A stretch of 64,000 nt of DNA from an uncultured Spirochaetota bacterium (GCA_963845535.1 CAWJSK010000019.1:320001-384000); one strand, 5' to 3'; numbered from the stretch's first letter, positions 33,347 through 45,019 are shown. The notes: a model not told the origin generated them from the sequence alone. Numbers and translations: made by a program.

Positions 33347-33655
33347 ATGGCCAGGGAAAGGATTCGGGTTCGCCTTCGAGCCTTCGACATCGAGCTCATC
33401 GACCAGAGCGCGAAGTCCATCGTGCAGACCGTGCTGAAGGCGGGCTCGCGCGTTTCAGGACCAATACCGCTTCCGATGAAGATCAACAAGTTCACGGTCC
33501 TGCGCTCGCCGCACGTTCACAAGAAGTCACGCGAGCAGTTTGAAATGCGCACGCACAAGAGGCTCATCGACATACTCGAGCCCACCCCCGCGGTCATGGA
33601 CGCCCTCATGCGGCTGGAGCTTCCGGCCGGCGTGGACGTAGAAATCAAGCAGTGA
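33347..33655 (+). CDS. rpsJ: 30S ribosomal protein S10
   Basis: [20 protein letters not shown]. Confidence 0.99.
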   Translation: MARERIRVRLRAFDIELIDQSAKSIVQTVLKAGSRVSGPIPLPMKINKFTVLRSPHVHKKSREQFEMRTHKRLIDILEPTPAVMDALMRLELPAGVDVEIKQ

Positions 33656-33663
33656 GGAAGGGA

Positions 33664-34281
33664 ATGCTCGGCCTAATTGGAACAAAACTCGGCATGACGC
33701 AGCTCTTCAATGATGACGGGACTCTGGTGCCTCTCAGCATCATTCAGGTCGAGCCGAACGTCGTTGTGCAGCAGCGCACGGCGGAGAAGAACGGGTACAG
33801 CGCCATGGTCCTCGGCTCGGGGGCCATGAAGAAGACTCGCGTCAAAAAGCCTTATGGCGGACAGTTCTCCCAGGGGGTCGACCCCCGGCGGTACCTCCTG
33901 GAGTTCAAGGACTTCGACAAGGAAGCCAAGATCGGGGACACGGTGGGCGTGGAGATCTTCGAGGGAGTGCGCTTCGTCGACGTGCAGAGCGCCACGAAGG
34001 GCAAGGGCTTCCAGGGCGTCGTGAGACGCCACGGATTCCAGGGCGGTCCCGGGGCCCACGGGTCCAAGTTCCACAGGGAGATGGGCTCGGTCGGAACGGG
34101 CGCGTTCCGCAAGATCGTCAAGGGCTCGAAGATGCCGGGTCGCATGGGCAACGCAAAGCTGACCGTTCAGAACCTGCGGCTTTACCGCGTGGACAAGGAA
34201 AAGGGATTGCTCCTCATCAAGGGCGCCGTCCCGGGCCGGCGCGGCGCCATGGTGGTCGTGCGGACGGCCACGAAGAAGTAG
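33664..34281 (+). CDS. rplC: 50S ribosomal protein L3
   Basis: KLGMTQ, KGKGFQG, KGAVPG. Confidence 0.98.
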   Translation: MLGLIGTKLGMTQLFNDDGTLVPLSIIQVEPNVVVQQRTAEKNGYSAMVLGSGAMKKTRVKKPYGGQFSQGVDPRRYLLEFKDFDKEAKIGDTVGVEIFEGVRFVDVQSATKGKGFQGVVRRHGFQGGPGAHGSKFHREMGSVGTGAFRKIVKGSKMPGRMGNAKLTVQNLRLYRVDKEKGLLLIKGAVPGRRGAMVVVRTATKK

Positions 34282-34292
34282 GACGACAAGCG

Positions 34293-35012
34293 ATGAAGAC
34301 ACAGGTCTATGCGTTGGACGGCACGGCCGTGCGGGAAATGGAGCTTGCTGACGCGGTGTGGAACCGCGACGTGAGCGAAGGCGCCATCTATCACGCCATC
34401 CGCAATGAGCTTGCCAACAAGAGGCTCGGCACGGCCAAGATCAAGGACCGCGGCGAGGTGCACGGCAGCAACAAGAAGCCGTGGAAACAGAAAGGCACGG
34501 GCCGCGCGCGCGCAGGGCAGAGGACGTCCCCCGTCTGGGTTGGCGGCGGAAAGATCTTCGGTCCGCGACCGCGGGACTACAGCTATTCCCTTCCGCGCAA
34601 GCTGAAGAGGCTCGCGCTCATGTCCATCCTTTCCCTCAAGGCGAAAGAGGACAGGGTGCGCGTGGTGCAGGACTTCACCGTGGAGACCGGCAAGACGAAA
34701 GACCTCGTCACGGCAATCAAGAAGCTCGTAACCCAGGAACGGACCGTTGTCGTGCTCAAGGATGCCGACGCCATGATCCGCAGAGCCGGACGCAACGTTC
34801 CCTGGATCAGTTTCCTCACCTTCAACAGGCTTGCCGCTCATGACCTTTTCTACTGCCACAAGCTGCTGGTCCTGGAGACTGCCGCGAAGAACTTGAACGA
34901 GTTTTATGGCTCCTCCGGCGCGGACAACGGCCACGCGGCGGATGCGGAGGGCGCCAGGAAGACCACCAAAGCGGCCAAGCCGGCCAAGGCGCGGAAAGGG
35001 GCCACGGCATGA
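34293..35012 (+). CDS. rplD: 50S ribosomal protein L4
   Basis: [14 protein letters not shown]; Ala/Lys-rich C-terminal tail. Confidence 0.98.
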   Translation: MKTQVYALDGTAVREMELADAVWNRDVSEGAIYHAIRNELANKRLGTAKIKDRGEVHGSNKKPWKQKGTGRARAGQRTSPVWVGGGKIFGPRPRDYSYSLPRKLKRLALMSILSLKAKEDRVRVVQDFTVETGKTKDLVTAIKKLVTQERTVVVLKDADAMIRRAGRNVPWISFLTFNRLAAHDLFYCHKLLVLETAAKNLNEFYGSSGADNGHAADAEGARKTTKAAKPAKARKGATA

Positions 35013-35293
35013 CCCTCGAACGGATCATCATCGAGCCCGTTGTCACTGAGAAGACGAACATCATGCGGGAGAGCCACAAGTACGTCTTCCACGTGGATGC
35101 CCGGGCCAACAAGCACCAGATCATGGAAGCGGTGCGCAAGCAGTACAACGTGCACCCGCTGAAGTGCAACGTGCTGCGTACGGCCACCAAGCCCAAGCGC
35201 GTGCGCTATCGGCTTGGCTACACCGCATCCTGGAAGAAGGCAATCATCACGATCTCCCCGGATGAGAAGATCGGGATCTTCGAAGGAGCATAG
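35009..35293 (+). CDS. rplW: 50S ribosomal protein L23
   Basis: PVVTEK, WKKAII. Confidence 0.97.
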   Translation: MTLERIIIEPVVTEKTNIMRESHKYVFHVDARANKHQIMEAVRKQYNVHPLKCNVLRTATKPKRVRYRLGYTASWKKAIITISPDEKIGIFEGA

Positions 35294-35298
35294 GGCAC

Positions 35299-36123
35299 AT
35301 GGCAATCAAGAAATTCCGGCCGCTGACTCCCGGACTGCGGTTCAAGACGAGCCTCACCTTCGAGGAGATCACGAAGAAGAGCCCTGAGAAGGCGCTTACC
35401 TCGGGCAAGCCGAAGAACGCGGGACGCGGCGCTGGCGGGCGCATCAGCGTTCGCCGCAAGGGCGGCGGGCACAAGCGCAGGTATCGGGTCATCGATTTCC
35501 GACGGGACAAGATCGGCATCCCCGGAAAGGTTTCCGCAATCGAATATGATCCGAATCGCAGCTCTTTTATCGCGTTGATCGTCTACAAGGACGGAGAGAA
35601 GCGCTACATCCTGGCCCCCGAAGGCCTTGCGGTGGGAAAGACCGTGCTGAGCGGTCCTGAGGCGACTTTCGAGATCGGCAACAGCATGCCTCTTTCGAAG
35701 ATCCCTCTCGGGATCCAGATCCACAACATCGAGCTGAACCTCGGCAGGGGAGGCCAGATGGCCCGCTCCGCGGGCACGAGCGCCACCATCGTGGCAAAGG
35801 AAGGCGGATACGTCACGCTGCGCCTTCCCTCCGGCGAGATGCGGCTGGTCAACGAGAAGTGCCTCGCCACCATTGGTGTGCTTGGAAACAAGGATCACAT
35901 GAACGTGTCCCTGGGAAAAGCGGGGCGCAGCAGGTGGCTCGGCAAGAGGCCGAAAGTGCGCGGCACGGCAATGAACCCCGTGGACCACCCGCACGGCGGA
36001 GGCGAGGGGAAGACCAAGGGCGGACGCCATCCCGTAACCCCGTGGGGCCAGCCCACCAAGGGCTACAAGACGCGCAAGAAGCGCAACACGACGAGCCGCT
36101 TCATCGTCAAGAGAAGGAAATAG
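35299..36123 (+). CDS. rplB: 50S ribosomal protein L2
   Basis: [20 protein letters not shown]. Confidence 0.99.
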   Translation: MAIKKFRPLTPGLRFKTSLTFEEITKKSPEKALTSGKPKNAGRGAGGRISVRRKGGGHKRRYRVIDFRRDKIGIPGKVSAIEYDPNRSSFIALIVYKDGEKRYILAPEGLAVGKTVLSGPEATFEIGNSMPLSKIPLGIQIHNIELNLGRGGQMARSAGTSATIVAKEGGYVTLRLPSGEMRLVNEKCLATIGVLGNKDHMNVSLGKAGRSRWLGKRPKVRGTAMNPVDHPHGGGEGKTKGGRHPVTPWGQPTKGYKTRKKRNTTSRFIVKRRK

Positions 36124-36135
36124 GGGGAACCGGGC

Positions 36136-36417
36136 GTGTCACGATCCATCAAGAAAGGACCTTTCATTGCCAAGAGCCTGTACCAGCAGGTGGTCGACAT
36201 GGGGAAGAGCGGTGAGAAGCGCATGGTCAAGACGTTCTCCCGCACCTCGACGATCATCCCCGAGATGGTCGGCTACACGATCAGCGTGTACAACGGCAAG
36301 ACGTGGGTCCCCGTCTACGTCACGGAAAACCTGGTCGGGCACAAGCTCGGCGAGTTCGCGCCTACCCGGGTTTTTCGGGGGCATTCCGGGTCCGACAAGA
36401 AGGTGGTGAAGAAATGA
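36136..36417 (+). CDS. rpsS: 30S ribosomal protein S19
   Basis: [19 protein letters not shown]. Confidence 0.99.
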   Translation: MSRSIKKGPFIAKSLYQQVVDMGKSGEKRMVKTFSRTSTIIPEMVGYTISVYNGKTWVPVYVTENLVGHKLGEFAPTRVFRGHSGSDKKVVKK

Positions 36418-36848
36418 GCGATGAAGGGAAAACCGCCGGCAAGCCCCAGCGGAAACCACGCTCACCGCGCGTGCGCACAAGCGGATATCGGGCCAACGTC
36501 CCCTTTCAGCGGCTTTCAGCCACGAAGATCCGGCGTGTTGCGGACAACGTCCGCAGGAAGCCTTACGTGGAGGCCATGGCGTTGCTCGAGATCCTCCCCC
36601 ACAAAGGGGCGCGCCTGCTGCGCAAGGTCATCCAGTCTGCGGCGGCCAATGCGCTGGCGCAGAACAAGAACCTTGATGAGCAGATGCTGTACGTGAAAGA
36701 AGTGCTGATCGACGTGGGTCCCACCATGAAGAGAATGTGGACCCGCGGCCGCGGCCGGGCGGATAGACTTTTGAAGAGGTCGTGCCACATTTCCGTGGTC
36801 GTTGACGAGATTGGGGCGAAAGAGGTGGTCAATGGGTCAGAAGGTTAA
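36414..36848 (+). CDS. rplV: 50S ribosomal protein L22 with short basic N-terminal extension
   Basis: SAAANA, GPTMKR, RGRGRAD; ATGA overlap with rpsS. Confidence 0.96.
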   Translation: MSDEGKTAGKPQRKPRSPRVRTSGYRANVPFQRLSATKIRRVADNVRRKPYVEAMALLEILPHKGARLLRKVIQSAAANALAQNKNLDEQMLYVKEVLIDVGPTMKRMWTRGRGRADRLLKRSCHISVVVDEIGAKEVVNGSEG

Positions 36849-37566
36849 TCCTATAGGGCTGCGGCTGGGGATCAACAAGACCTGGTCGTCGCGATGGTTC
36901 GTGGATCCCAAGCTCTATGCCGCGACTCTCCATGAGGACCTTCGGCTGCGCAAGACCATCCTCAATTCGGAAGAGACCAAGGGAGCGGACATTGCGGAAG
37001 TGGAGATCATTCGCCATCCGCAAAGAGTCACCGTGATCATCCATACGGGGCGGCCGGGCGTCCTGATCGGGGCCAAGGGCGCGAACATCGAGAAGCTCGG
37101 CGGCAAGCTCCAGAAGAGCATTGGCAAGAAGATCCAGCTGCGCATCAAGGAAATCAAGCGGCCTGAGACGAACGCCAAGCTGGTGGCGGAAAACATCTCC
37201 CGCCAGATCAAGGCCCGCGCGTCCTACCGGCGCGCGTGCAAGATGTCCATCCTGAACGCCATGAAAACGGGCGTGCAGGGAATCAAGGTGAAGATCGCCG
37301 GCCGGCTCTCCGGCGCGGAGATGGCGCGTCGGGAAGAGTTCAAGGAAGGGCGGATCCCCCTGCATACCTTCCGGGCGGACATCGACTACGGCACGGCAAC
37401 TGCCATCACGACGTTCGGCTGCGTTGGCATCAAGGTGTGGATATTCAACGGCGAGGTCTACGGCCAGGCGAAGAAGGACGACGCCGGGCTGCTCGTGCGC
37501 CGCGGCCGCGAAGGTCGGGACGCGCGGGATGACAGGGACCGCGGCCGTGAGAGAGGTCAGGAGTAG
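36832..37566 (+). CDS. rpsC: 30S ribosomal protein S3
   Basis: [34 protein letters not shown]. Confidence 0.99.
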   Translation: MGQKVNPIGLRLGINKTWSSRWFVDPKLYAATLHEDLRLRKTILNSEETKGADIAEVEIIRHPQRVTVIIHTGRPGVLIGAKGANIEKLGGKLQKSIGKKIQLRIKEIKRPETNAKLVAENISRQIKARASYRRACKMSILNAMKTGVQGIKVKIAGRLSGAEMARREEFKEGRIPLHTFRADIDYGTATAITTFGCVGIKVWIFNGEVYGQAKKDDAGLLVRRGREGRDARDDRDRGRERGQE

Positions 37567-37572
37567 CACGTC

Positions 37573-37989
37573 ATGCTGAGCCCGAAAAGAACGAAGTTCA
37601 GGAAGCAGCAGCGCGGAAGGTCGAAGGGTCGCGCCACGCGGTGCACCGAAATCTCTTTCGGCGAGTTTGGTCTTGTGGCCCTCGAGCGGGTCTGGATCAC
37701 CAACCGCCAGATCGAGGCGGCGCGCATTGCCATCACCCGTCACGTGAAGCGCGGCGGCAAGGTGTGGATCAGGATATTCCCGGACATGCCCTACACAAAG
37801 AAGCCCGCGGAAACGCGCATGGGCAAAGGGAAGGGAGCGCCGGAGTACTGGGTCGCGCCCGTGAAGCCGGGGACCGTGATGTTCGAGCTGGGCGGCGTGG
37901 ACCGAAAGATGGCGGAAGAAGCCATGAAGCGCGCCGGAAGCAAGATGCCCATCAAGACGCGGTTCATGAGCAGGGAAAGCGGAGACTAG
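37573..37989 (+). CDS. rplP: 50S ribosomal protein L16
   Basis: [15 protein letters not shown]. Confidence 0.99.
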   Translation: MLSPKRTKFRKQQRGRSKGRATRCTEISFGEFGLVALERVWITNRQIEAARIAITRHVKRGGKVWIRIFPDMPYTKKPAETRMGKGKGAPEYWVAPVKPGTVMFELGGVDRKMAEEAMKRAGSKMPIKTRFMSRESGD

Positions 37990-37991
37990 GA

Positions 37992-38192
37992 ATGAAAGAC
38001 TCGTTCAAGGAACTGACCTACGCCGAGCTCCTGGCCAAGCGGGAAGAGCTTCGCAAGCAGTTTAGCGACCTGTGCGCCAACATGATCATCGGCCACGTGG
38101 ACAACCCGCTCAGCAAGCGCACCGCGCGGCGGAGGCTCGCGCGGGCCAACAGCATCATCCGCGAGTTCGAGATCGGGATCAGGAAGCGCTAG
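37992..38192 (+). CDS. rpmC: 50S ribosomal protein L29
   Basis: [13 protein letters not shown]...GHVDNPL; size and position between rplP and rpsQ. Confidence 0.93.
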   Translation: MKDSFKELTYAELLAKREELRKQFSDLCANMIIGHVDNPLSKRTARRRLARANSIIREFEIGIRKR

Positions 38193-38197
38193 GAGAT

Positions 38198-38503
38198 ATG
38201 CCCGTGGCAGAAACAGAAATCCAGAAGCCGGAAGCCCAGCGGCCGGAAGCACGGAAGAGAGTCGAAAAGGTTCTTCAGGGCATTGTGGTGAGCAACAAGA
38301 TGCAGAAGACCATCGTCGTGGAGATCCATCAGCGCAAGCTCCACCGCCTGTACAAGAAGTACCTGACGCGGACGAAGAAGGTCAAGGCGCATGACGAAAA
38401 GAACGAGTGCGGGATCGGGGACACGGTGCGCGTGGTTGAGTCGCGTCCGCTCTCCCGGGAAAAGCGCTGGCGCCTCCTCTCCATCGTGGAGAAGGCGAAG
38501 TAG
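38198..38503 (+). CDS. rpsQ: 30S ribosomal protein S17
   Basis: [26 protein letters not shown]. Confidence 0.98.
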   Translation: MPVAETEIQKPEAQRPEARKRVEKVLQGIVVSNKMQKTIVVEIHQRKLHRLYKKYLTRTKKVKAHDEKNECGIGDTVRVVESRPLSREKRWRLLSIVEKAK

Positions 38504-38517
38504 GTGAGGAACCGGCC

Positions 38518-38886
38518 ATGATACAGATGAAGACGCTTCTCAACGTCGCGGACAACAGCGGCGCGAAGCAGGTGCAGTGCATCAAAGTTCTCGGCGGCAC
38601 GCGGCGCAAATACGCGCGCATCGGAGACATCATCGTGGTGGCCGTGAAGGACGCGTTGCCCAATGCCGCCATCAAGAAGGGCGGGATCGAAAAGGCAGTG
38701 GTCGTTCGCACGCGCAAGGAGTACCACCGCCCGGACGGCACGTTCATCCGATTCGATGACAACGCCTGTGTCGTCATCGACGCGAACAACAACCCCAAGG
38801 GGAAGCGCATCTTCGGCCCCGTGGCTCGCGAGCTGCGGGACAAGGATTTCATGAAGATCGTGTCCCTCGCGCCTGAGGTCCTGTAG
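38518..38886 (+). CDS. rplN: 50S ribosomal protein L14
   Basis: [25 protein letters not shown]. Confidence 0.99.
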   Translation: MIQMKTLLNVADNSGAKQVQCIKVLGGTRRKYARIGDIIVVAVKDALPNAAIKKGGIEKAVVVRTRKEYHRPDGTFIRFDDNACVVIDANNNPKGKRIFGPVARELRDKDFMKIVSLAPEVL

Positions 38887-38893
38887 GAGGAAG

Positions 38894-39232
38894 ATGAGTC
38901 CAATGGCAAGGCAGGAGAATCAGCCGAAGCTGAAGCTTCGCAAGAATGATACGGTGAAAGTGATTTCCGGCAGGGAGAAGGGCAAGTCCGGCCGGATCAT
39001 CAGCATCGACAGGGAGAAGCTGCGCGCCGTGGTGGAAGGCCTCAACATGGTGAAGAAGGCGGTCAAGCAGAAGAAGCAGAACCAGAAGGCTGGAATCACT
39101 TCGGTGGAAGCCCCCCTCCCCCTCGGGAAGCTCGCCATCGTGTGCAAGAAGTGCGGGCCGACGCGCATCGGCTACGCCATGGACGGCGACACGAAGAAGC
39201 GGATCTGCCGCAAGTGCGGAGGCGATCTGTGA
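38894..39232 (+). CDS. rplX: 50S ribosomal protein L24
   Basis: [20 protein letters not shown]; start could be 38903. Confidence 0.97.
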   Translation: MSPMARQENQPKLKLRKNDTVKVISGREKGKSGRIISIDREKLRAVVEGLNMVKKAVKQKKQNQKAGITSVEAPLPLGKLAIVCKKCGPTRIGYAMDGDTKKRICRKCGGDL

Positions 39233-40011
39233 GCAAGGAAAAGCAGAACCCGGAAGAAGCGGCCGCGGCGGAAGCTCCCAAGGCTGAGGCGCAGAAAGCG
39301 GCGAAGCCGGAAAAAGCTCAGCGGGAGGAGAAGGCCCCCCGGGAAGACAAGGCGGCCCGGGCGGAAAAATCCGGCAAGGGCCAGGGCGGCCAGAAAGGGC
39401 AGAAACAGTCCAAGCAGGCCCCGGACGGGGACGGCGCCAAGGCGAAGCCCGTTGCGGATCCCCCCGGCTATGTGCCGCGTTTGAAGAAGCTCTACGGGGA
39501 GACCGCCGCAAAAGAGCTGAAGGAAGAGTTCGGCTACAAGTCGGTCATGCAGATACCGCGGGTCAAGAAGATCGTCGTGAGCATGGGAATCGGGGAAGCC
39601 ATCGCGAACAAGAAGCTCCTGGACTCCTCCACGGCGGAGCTGACGCAGATCACGGGGCGCAAGGCGGTGCGGACAAAGGCCAAGAAGTCCATTGCCACGT
39701 TCAAGGTCCGCAAGGGAATGGACATCGGCGCCATGGTGACGCTTCGCGGGAACACGATGTTCGAGTTCCTCGACAGGCTCATCAACGTGGCAATGCCGAG
39801 GATCAAGGACTTCCGCGGGGCAAATCCCAACGCCTTCGATGGCCATGGGAACTACTCCCTGGGGGTCACGGAGCAGATCATCTTCCCGGAGATCGACTAT
39901 GACAAGATCGAACGGGTGAGCGGCATGAACATCGCAGTTGTGACGACAGCGAAGACGGATCAGGAGGCTCGTAGCCTGCTTGCCCGCCTTGGCATGCCAT
40001 TCCGCAAATAG
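39229..40011 (+). CDS. rplE: 50S ribosomal protein L5 with ~80-aa N-terminal extension
   Basis: GTG overlapping the rplX stop with GGAGG RBS; core PRLKKLY...FDGHGNY...IFPEI. Confidence 0.96.
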   Translation: MSKEKQNPEEAAAAEAPKAEAQKAAKPEKAQREEKAPREDKAARAEKSGKGQGGQKGQKQSKQAPDGDGAKAKPVADPPGYVPRLKKLYGETAAKELKEEFGYKSVMQIPRVKKIVVSMGIGEAIANKKLLDSSTAELTQITGRKAVRTKAKKSIATFKVRKGMDIGAMVTLRGNTMFEFLDRLINVAMPRIKDFRGANPNAFDGHGNYSLGVTEQIIFPEIDYDKIERVSGMNIAVVTTAKTDQEARSLLARLGMPFRK

Positions 40012-40051
40012 AGGAAATGGCGCGGCCTACCGCGCCGGCACGGAGAGGACG

Positions 40052-40237
40052 ATGGCGAGAAAAGCGGCAATAGAGAAATCCGAGCGCAAGCAGAAGTACA
40101 TGACGCGCCGGACAAACAGGTGCAAGGTGTGCGGGCGGCAGAGAGGATTCATGAGGAAGTTCAAGTTGTGCAGGATCTGCTTCCGCAACCTGGCCAGCGA
40201 AGGGAAGCTTCCTGGCGTCACGAAATCCAGCTGGTAG
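40052..40237 (+). CDS. rpsN: 30S ribosomal protein S14 (zinc-binding type Z)
   Basis: 61 aa, CKVC...CRIC, GVTKSSW. Confidence 0.98.
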   Translation: MARKAAIEKSERKQKYMTRRTNRCKVCGRQRGFMRKFKLCRICFRNLASEGKLPGVTKSSW

Positions 40238-40249
40238 GGAGTAGAGGCG

Positions 40250-40648
40250 ATGAGTCTGTCAGACCCTGTTGCAGATATGCTGACGAAGATCAGGAACGCG
40301 AGTGCCGCGCGCTTCGAGAGCGTCGACATTCCCACCTCCAAGCTCAAGCTGGAGATCACGAAGATCCTGAAGAACGAAGGCTACGTCAAGACGTTCAAGA
40401 AAGTGAGCCAGGACGGCCGGAATCTCATCAGGATTTTCCTGAAGTACGATGGGAAGAACGAGCCGGTCATTCACGGGCTGAAAAGGATCTCGACCCCCGG
40501 GAGGAGGATGTACGCGGGCTACCGGACGCTCCCGCGCGTTCTCAACGGGTTCGGGACGCTGATCGTCACCACGTCCATCGGCGTCACCACGGGCAAGAAG
40601 GCCCTGGAGAGGAAAGCCGGCGGCGAGGTTTTGTGCACCGTCTGGTAA
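40250..40648 (+). CDS. rpsH: 30S ribosomal protein S8
   Basis: [22 protein letters not shown]. Confidence 0.99.
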   Translation: MSLSDPVADMLTKIRNASAARFESVDIPTSKLKLEITKILKNEGYVKTFKKVSQDGRNLIRIFLKYDGKNEPVIHGLKRISTPGRRMYAGYRTLPRVLNGFGTLIVTTSIGVTTGKKALERKAGGEVLCTVW

Positions 40649-40665
40649 GCAAGGAGAACTGAAGC

Positions 40666-41205
40666 GTGTCGCGAATCGGACGTCTACCGGTCAAGATCCC
40701 CAAAGGGGTGAAGGTCACCGTCAAGGAAGGCCAGGTTCTCCTGGAGAGTCCCAAGGGCAAGGTGCTCCAGGACTACGCCCCCGAGGTGTCCGTGAAGACG
40801 GAGGGCGACCTCCTGGTCGTCAGCCGCTCAGAAGACACCATCAAGGGAAAGAGCCTGCATGGGCTGTACAGGAACCTGCTGAAAAACGCGCTGATCGGGC
40901 TTTCCGACGGCTTCTCCAAGGTCCTCGTGATCAGCGGGGTCGGGTACAAGGCCGAGCTGAAAGGGAAATCCCTCGTGCTGACGCTGGGGTACTCAACTCC
41001 CATCGAGTACCCGCTGCCTCCGGGGATCACCATGGAGGTGGAGGCGAACACGCGGGTCACGGTGAAGGGATCCGACCGGCAGCAGGTGGGCCAGGTGGCC
41101 TCCGAGATACGGTCGTTCCGCCCCGTCGAGCCCTACAAGGGCAAGGGGATCAAGTACGAGAACGAGTATGTCCGCCGCAAGGTCGGGAAATCCGGGATCA
41201 AGTAG
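40666..41205 (+). CDS. rplF: 50S ribosomal protein L6
   Basis: MSRIG, GVGYKA, EPYKGKGIKY. Confidence 0.99.
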   Translation: MSRIGRLPVKIPKGVKVTVKEGQVLLESPKGKVLQDYAPEVSVKTEGDLLVVSRSEDTIKGKSLHGLYRNLLKNALIGLSDGFSKVLVISGVGYKAELKGKSLVLTLGYSTPIEYPLPPGITMEVEANTRVTVKGSDRQQVGQVASEIRSFRPVEPYKGKGIKYENEYVRRKVGKSGIK

Positions 41206-41214
41206 GAAGAGGCC

Positions 41215-41574
41215 ATGAAGAAGATCGACGACACGACGCGAAAGCGTCTGAAAAGAAGGGCGAGCATCCGCAAGAAGGTCCACGGGACTCCGGAGAGGCC
41301 GCGGCTCACCGTGTACAAGTCCAACCGCTATACGTACGTACAGGTTGTGGACGACCTGGCGGGAAAGACGCTGGCCGCCGCGTCGAACCTTGAAAAGGAT
41401 CATCGTGACATCGGAAACAAGGTAGCGTCCCTTGAAAAGCTCGGGCAGTTGATCGCGGAGCGGCTCAAGGCGAAAAACATTTCGGCTGTCGTTTTCGACA
41501 GGAACGGATACCGCTATCATGGGAAGGTGAAGGCCATCGCAGACGGCGCCCGCAAGGGCGGCATCGCGGTGTAA
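41215..41574 (+). CDS. rplR: 50S ribosomal protein L18
   Basis: RPRLTVYKSN, FDRNGYRYHGKV. Confidence 0.99.
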   Translation: MKKIDDTTRKRLKRRASIRKKVHGTPERPRLTVYKSNRYTYVQVVDDLAGKTLAAASNLEKDHRDIGNKVASLEKLGQLIAERLKAKNISAVVFDRNGYRYHGKVKAIADGARKGGIAV

Positions 41575-41586
41575 GGGGAGAGGCAC

Positions 41587-42095
41587 GTGGCACAGGATCA
41601 GGACAGGGACAGGAACCAGGGCGAGTTCCTTGAGAAGCTGGTGAAGCTCAACCGGGTCGCGAAGGTCGTCAAGGGCGGCCGGCGGTTTTCCTTCTCCGCT
41701 CTTACCGTGGTGGGCGACCGGGCTGGACGGGTGGGGTACGGTTTCGGCAAGGCGAACGACGTCTCGGACGCCATCCGCAAGAGCATCGAAAAGGCCAAGA
41801 GGAGCATGGTGATGGTGCCCATCAAGAAAGCCACGCTCCCGCACCAGGTCATCGGGAAGTTCAAGAGCGCCCAGGTGCTCCTGAAGCCGGCCGCGCCGGG
41901 GACCGTGCCATTGCCGGCGGTCCGGTCCGCGCCGTCATGGAGGCCGCGGGCATCCATGACGTTCTGTCGAAGTCCCTGGGCTCATCGAATGCCATCAACA
42001 CGGTGAAAGCCGTTTTCCAGGGTCTGGGATCGATCATGGACGCGCGTGAAGTTGCCGCAAACCGCGGGCGCGGGCTCAAGGACATGTGGGGGTAG
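41587..42095 (+). CDS. rpsE: 30S ribosomal protein S5, with an apparent 1-nt deletion near 41905
   Basis: [11 protein letters not shown]...PAAPGT in frame. Adding one G (ACCG[G]TGCC) restores [17 protein letters not shown]...SLGSSN...MWG*. Confidence 0.95.
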
Positions 42096-42099
42096 GCGC

Positions 42100-42288
42100 A
42101 TGGCAGCGAATGTTCTGCGGATAACGCTCGTGCGAAGCACCATTGGGTGCCTGCCGGCGCAGATAAAGACCGTCAAGGCCCTGGGGTTGCACCGCACGGG
42201 CTCAGTTGTTGAAAAGGCCGCGACTCCGTCCATTCTTGGGATGGTTCGGGCCGTTTCCCACCTTCTCGAGGTGGAGGAGAAGGGCTAA
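42100..42288 (+). CDS. rpmD: 50S ribosomal protein L30
   Basis: ITLVRSTIG...TVKALGL...GMVRAVSHLL. Confidence 0.96.
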   Translation: MAANVLRITLVRSTIGCLPAQIKTVKALGLHRTGSVVEKAATPSILGMVRAVSHLLEVEEKG

Positions 42289-42290
42289 AT

Positions 42291-42758
42291 ATGGAAGGAT
42301 TCACTTTCCGGGCTCCCCGGGGGCAGAATAAGAAGGTCAAGAGGCTCGGCAGGGGCGTCGGGTCCGGGCACGGAAAGACCGCCGGTAAGGGGACCAAGGG
42401 GCAGAAAGCCCGCGCGGGCGGTGGAGTGCGCCTTGGCTTCGAGGGCGGCCAGATGCCGTTGTTTCGAAGGATCGCGCGGCGCGGGTTCTCCAATTACCCG
42501 TTCAAGAAGGTGTTCCAGGTGCTCAATGTCTCCGACCTCAACAGATTCGCTGACGGTGACACGGTGACCCCGGAGACCTTGCGCGCCATCGGGCTTGCGC
42601 GCAAACGTGGAGTGCCGGTGAAGATCCTCGGTGCGGGAGAGCTCACTCGGAAGGTCACCGTGCAGGATGCCAGGGTTTCCGCATCCGCCCGTGACAAGAT
42701 CGAGAAGATGGGCGGGAGCGTCGTGGAGAAGGGCGGGGGAGAGGCCCAAGGGAAATAA
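42291..42758 (+). CDS. rplO: 50S ribosomal protein L15
   Basis: GRGVGSGHGKTAG, FEGGQMPL. Confidence 0.99.
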   Translation: MEGFTFRAPRGQNKKVKRLGRGVGSGHGKTAGKGTKGQKARAGGGVRLGFEGGQMPLFRRIARRGFSNYPFKKVFQVLNVSDLNRFADGDTVTPETLRAIGLARKRGVPVKILGAGELTRKVTVQDARVSASARDKIEKMGGSVVEKGGGEAQGK

Positions 42759-44077
42759 TGGCGAATCCGATTGTCGATATTTTCCGGGTCAAGGAGCTGA
42801 GGGACCGCATCCTCTTCACCATTGGCATCCTCGTGATCTACCGCCTGGGAACCGTGCTTCCGGTGCCTGGGATCAACATTGCCGCGCTCAAGCTCTACTT
42901 TGCTTCGCAGGGGACCTCGGGTGGCATGGGGATCGCGGACTACCTGGACTTTTTCGCGGGTGGGGCGTTCAAGAACTTCTCCATCCTCATGCTCTCCATC
43001 ATGCCCTACATTTCCATGTCGATCATCATGCAGCTTGTCACCGTGGTGTTCCCCCGGCTGAAGAAGATCTCCGAGGAAGAGGGCGGGAAGAAGAAGATCA
43101 ACCGCTGGACGCGTTACGGGACGGTGGTGGTCTGTATCATCCAGTCCTACACGGTGACCGTCTACGCAAACAGGATCCCTGACGCCATCTCCATGGCGCG
43201 GATCCCGTTCATCCTGCTCGCCATGCTCACCATCACCACGGGCACGATGTTCCTCATGTGGCTCGGTGACCAGATAACGCGGCGCGGCATCGGAAACGGC
43301 ATCTCCATGATCATCTTCGCGGGGATTGTGGCGAGGATCCCCGGCGCCCTGTGGACGCTTCTGCAGTCCATCCAGCGCCGCGAGCTGAACCCCGTGTTCG
43401 TCATCATCGTGCTGCTCCTCTTCGTTGTGGTCGTGACGCTCGTCATCATTGAGCAGCAGGGCCAGAGGAAGATCCCGGTCCATTATGCAAAACGCGTCAT
43501 TGGACGGAGGATGTACGGGGCCCAGAACACCTACCTCCCGTTCAAGGTGAACCCTTCGGGGGTCATCCCCGTGATTTTCGCCTCATCCGTGCTGATCTTC
43601 CCCATCCAGATCGCGCAGAACCTCGGCGCAAGGATCGAGTGGCTTTCCCGGTTCGCCGCGTGGCTGCATCCGCAGGGCCTGCCGTACGTGATCATGTACG
43701 CGCTGCTGATCATTTTCTTCGCGTATTTCTACACGCAGGTGACGCTCAATCCCGTTGAGATCTCGAAGCAGATCCGGGAGAACGGTGGTTCCATACCGGG
43801 CATCCGCAGCGAGAAGATGGAGGAGCACCTGTCGCGGATCCTCTATCGGATCATTCTCCCTGGCTCGCTTTTCCTTGCCTTCATTGCCATCATCCCGACG
43901 CTGGTCCAGACGCTTTTCCGCTTCCCCAGCGCCATTGCATACCTCATGGGAGGAACGTCGCTTCTGATCCTCGTCGGGGTGGACCTGGACACGATGTCGC
44001 AGGTGGAGGGCTACTTGCGGATGCACCACCATGAGGGCATTGTGAAGAGGGGCAAGATACGCTCCCGCAATTTGTAG
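42758..44077 (+). CDS. secY: Preprotein translocase subunit SecY
   Basis: [30 protein letters not shown]; multi-TM. Confidence 0.99.
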   Translation: MANPIVDIFRVKELRDRILFTIGILVIYRLGTVLPVPGINIAALKLYFASQGTSGGMGIADYLDFFAGGAFKNFSILMLSIMPYISMSIIMQLVTVVFPRLKKISEEEGGKKKINRWTRYGTVVVCIIQSYTVTVYANRIPDAISMARIPFILLAMLTITTGTMFLMWLGDQITRRGIGNGISMIIFAGIVARIPGALWTLLQSIQRRELNPVFVIIVLLLFVVVVTLVIIEQQGQRKIPVHYAKRVIGRRMYGAQNTYLPFKVNPSGVIPVIFASSVLIFPIQIAQNLGARIEWLSRFAAWLHPQGLPYVIMYALLIIFFAYFYTQVTLNPVEISKQIRENGGSIPGIRSEKMEEHLSRILYRIILPGSLFLAFIAIIPTLVQTLFRFPSAIAYLMGGTSLLILVGVDLDTMSQVEGYLRMHHHEGIVKRGKIRSRNL

Positions 44078-44126
44078 CGCCGGCACGGCGCCCGGACGGG
44101 AGCATGATGAAAACGGAGGCTTTGTC

Positions 44127-44240
44127 ATGAAGGTACGCGTGAGCGTGAAACCGATTTGCGACAAGTGCAAGGTGATCAGGCGCCGGGGCGTGGTGCGCAT
44201 CATCTGCACGAATCCCAAGCACAAGCAGCGCCAGCGATAG
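44127..44240 (+). CDS. rpmJ: 50S ribosomal protein L36
   Basis: Manual translation [37 protein letters not shown]. Confidence 0.98.
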   Translation: MKVRVSVKPICDKCKVIRRRGVVRIICTNPKHKQRQR

Positions 44241-44258
44241 GAAGAGAAGGAGACAGGA

Positions 44259-44627
44259 ATGGCACGTATTGCGGGCGTGGATCTTCCCAACAAGCATCTC
44301 GACGTCGCGCTGACGTACATCTACGGGATCGGGATCACTTCTGCCCAGAAGATCTGCGCCGCCACCGGTGTGGATCCGCAGAAGCGAGCGAACGACCTTT
44401 CCTCGGATGAGGTCAACAAGCTTCGGACAGTCATCGAAAGCGACTACAAGGTGGAGGGGAGGCTGCGGACCGAGGTCTCTCTGAACATCAAGCGTCTCAT
44501 GGACATCGGCTGCTACCGGGGGATCCGCCATCGCCGCGGGCTGCCGGTGCGCGGCCAGCGGACAAAGACGAACGCAAGGACCCGCAAGGGCAAGCGCAAG
44601 ACTGTTGCCGGGAAGAGGAAGAAATAG
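44259..44627 (+). CDS. rpsM: 30S ribosomal protein S13
   Basis: [25 protein letters not shown]. Confidence 0.99.
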   Translation: MARIAGVDLPNKHLDVALTYIYGIGITSAQKICAATGVDPQKRANDLSSDEVNKLRTVIESDYKVEGRLRTEVSLNIKRLMDIGCYRGIRHRRGLPVRGQRTKTNARTRKGKRKTVAGKRKK

Positions 44628-44629
44628 CA

Positions 44630-45007
44630 ATGGCGAAGGGCAAGAAGGAAAAGAAAAAGAACATAGCGGAAGGGAAGGCCTACATCCAGGCCACCTTCAA
44701 CAACACGATCGTGACCATCACGGACCTCATGGGCAACACGATCTCGTGGGCGTCCGCCGGCGGCCTTGGTTTCAAAGGCGCCAAGAAATCGACGCCGTTC
44801 GCCGCGCAGACAACCGCGGAGTCCGCGGCCAGCAAGGCCATGGAGCAGGGTTTGCGGGAATTGGTGGTCCTCGTCAGGGGTCCCGGAGTCGGCAGTGAAG
44901 CCGCCATCCGAGCCTTTGGCGTCCTGGGGATCAGGGTGCGTTCCATCAAGGACATCACGCCCATCCCCCACAACGGGTGCCGGCCTCCGAAGAAGCGCCG
45001 GGTGTAG
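44630..45007 (+). CDS. rpsK: 30S ribosomal protein S11
   Basis: ATFNNT, KSTPFAA, PHNGCRP. Confidence 0.99.
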   Translation: MAKGKKEKKKNIAEGKAYIQATFNNTIVTITDLMGNTISWASAGGLGFKGAKKSTPFAAQTTAESAASKAMEQGLRELVVLVRGPGVGSEAAIRAFGVLGIRVRSIKDITPIPHNGCRPPKKRRV

Positions 45008-45019
45008 GGAGGCGAGACA

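Noticed and set aside
44078..44126. Absence of adk, map and infA between secY and rpmJ
   Set aside because: A recognised arrangement in spirochaetes; not unusual
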